Source: Selaginella moellendorffii
Taxonomy: Eukaryota; Plantae; Lycopodiophyta
Direction: 5' to 3'
Assembly (NCBI RefSeq): GCF_000143415.4
Contig: NW_003314313.1
Location: forward strand, 1,081,430 to 1,145,429
Length of the DNA: 64,000 nt
The notes beneath the pieces are model-generated. The model was not told the DNA's origin. It was given only the letters and a program-made list of their open reading frames with translations, and made no database searches. Position 1 is the stretch's first letter. Every line of letters begins with the position of its first letter. Shown here in pieces: positions 57,600 to 64,000 of the stretch. The position numbers and the translations under genes are program-made.

Positions 57600-57710
57600 A
57601 AAAAGGAGTTAACGTTTTCATTCGCAAAAAGTCTTTCTCCTCGTCCGAGCACAGGCAAAGTCCTTCGAGAGCGCAGCGCCTTGCCTGGCTCTCGGTCCGG
57701 ACAACGCTGC
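57600..57710 (-). pseudogene. Remnant of the GULLO 3' end
   Basis: SQARRCALEGLCLCSDE versus SQAKHCALEGLCLCSSDE at 47704-47758. Downstream blocks tttttgc.aatg and taactcctttttgtag are also shared. Confidence 0.85.
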
Positions 57711-57719
57711 TAAACAAGA

Positions 57720-58330
57720 CAAGCTTGAGTGACGCATGGATCAGCCAAATTTGTAGCTTCGTCGGATCGATCAGATTTGCTGCGCCACTGTCGAGGTGCT
57801 CGTGGACTGCTGCCATGTGCAGGCAATCCGCTGTTTGGTCGCTACACCCAAGTCCATGCTCCCTACAAGAAGGAAGAACAGGATCGGGGAGACCTGAGCT
57901 GGTAGTCTCGTGGGATGCAGCCTTAGGGAAGAACTTGGTCTTCTCGGCCGGCGATTCACACGCGATCGCCCACCCGCGCCAGCGCTCATTAGAGGGTTGC
58001 CGAGACAAACTGCCAGAGTGGTGGTGACATGGTCGCGGTGCCTGGCCAGAAGCTCCGTCAGGTCCTCGAAGGCGATGAAACAGAAATGCAGCTTGGAGCT
58101 CATCCTCCTGAAGGTAGGTGGCGATCTCGCAACACCACGGCCGTTGTCTCCAAGTAGTGCTTGCAAGGGTCAGGGAAGATGCCCCTGGTGTCGAATACCT
58201 TCTCATGCTCAACTCTAAAAACGAGCAACTGTCTTGGCTGGTTCTCTGGCTCTAGTGGACTTCGACGATCGAGATCTTCGGTCAGGGTGGTCAAGCTCGC
58301 GAGTTCTTGGACCAAATGGAAGAACACGAC
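57720..58330 (-). pseudogene. Decayed coding-like sequence, possibly an F-box gene relic
   Basis: GC-rich broken ORFs including LAVCLGNPL; shares about 55 bp with 49468-49522. Confidence 0.25.
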
Positions 58331-58701
58331 TCGAGGCGGAGTCCAATTAACAAAAGGAACTTCACTAAAAAAGTTTTTTCGCAATAAATATCACTACTCG
58401 GCTCACTAAAAAGCCCTAGACCATTTGGTTGAGGTGTCAAGCTTACAAATCAGAAGTCCAAGGTACGAATCGTGTAGGAATCGACCTTAGAAATCTAGCA
58501 ATCTACAGAAATCCAACGCCAGGTCCATGCTCCCTGCAAGGACGAATTAGCTTTCACGATCCAGCGTGACAGAGACAGATAGTAACAGCAACTGGAGGAG
58601 AGCCGAGGATGTTGTCCACGTCTAGCGAGTGATTTCTTATTGACATTGTACAAAAAAAATTGCGAGAGTGTCGACTCCCCTCCTTGTAGACTCAACTTAA
58701 G

Positions 58702-64000
<5,299 letters not shown>

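Overview
Gene-dense eukaryotic land-plant nuclear DNA with very short (about 45-80 nt) GT-AG introns. The style, together with the PLS-class PPR genes, points to the lycophyte Selaginella; this is inference. Left to right: a full-size ABCG/PDR transporter, a fasciclin-like AGP (FLA), then a five-gene block (nsLTP, glycine-rich protein, TGD5-like, DUF3326, SKI3) present twice in tandem with an offset of about 18 kb. The two copies are separated by a decayed, 5'-truncated Ty3/gypsy element fused directly to a half-FLA copy. The right part holds an AT-rich spacer, a class III peroxidase, a cytoplasmic receptor-like kinase, an Agenet protein, a GULLO-family oxidase, two PLS-E PPR genes plus PPR pseudogene fragments, a divergent TrmB-like methyltransferase and the 3' part of a SPIRRIG-type BEACH gene. 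There are two 100-N assembly gaps. Most notable: (i) a slippery-site plus pseudoknot -1 frameshift signal at the gag-pol junction; (ii) the tandem duplication with an apparently identical 3.8-kb core; (iii) an inverted GULLO-PPR duplication with reciprocal gene loss; (iv) PPR L-motifs carrying recurrent insertions; (v) SKI3 with an animal/yeast-like N-terminal arm; (vi) a degenerate FYVE finger on the BEACH protein; (vii) two convergent genes whose stop codons abut. Family assignments come from recalled motifs, not database searches.
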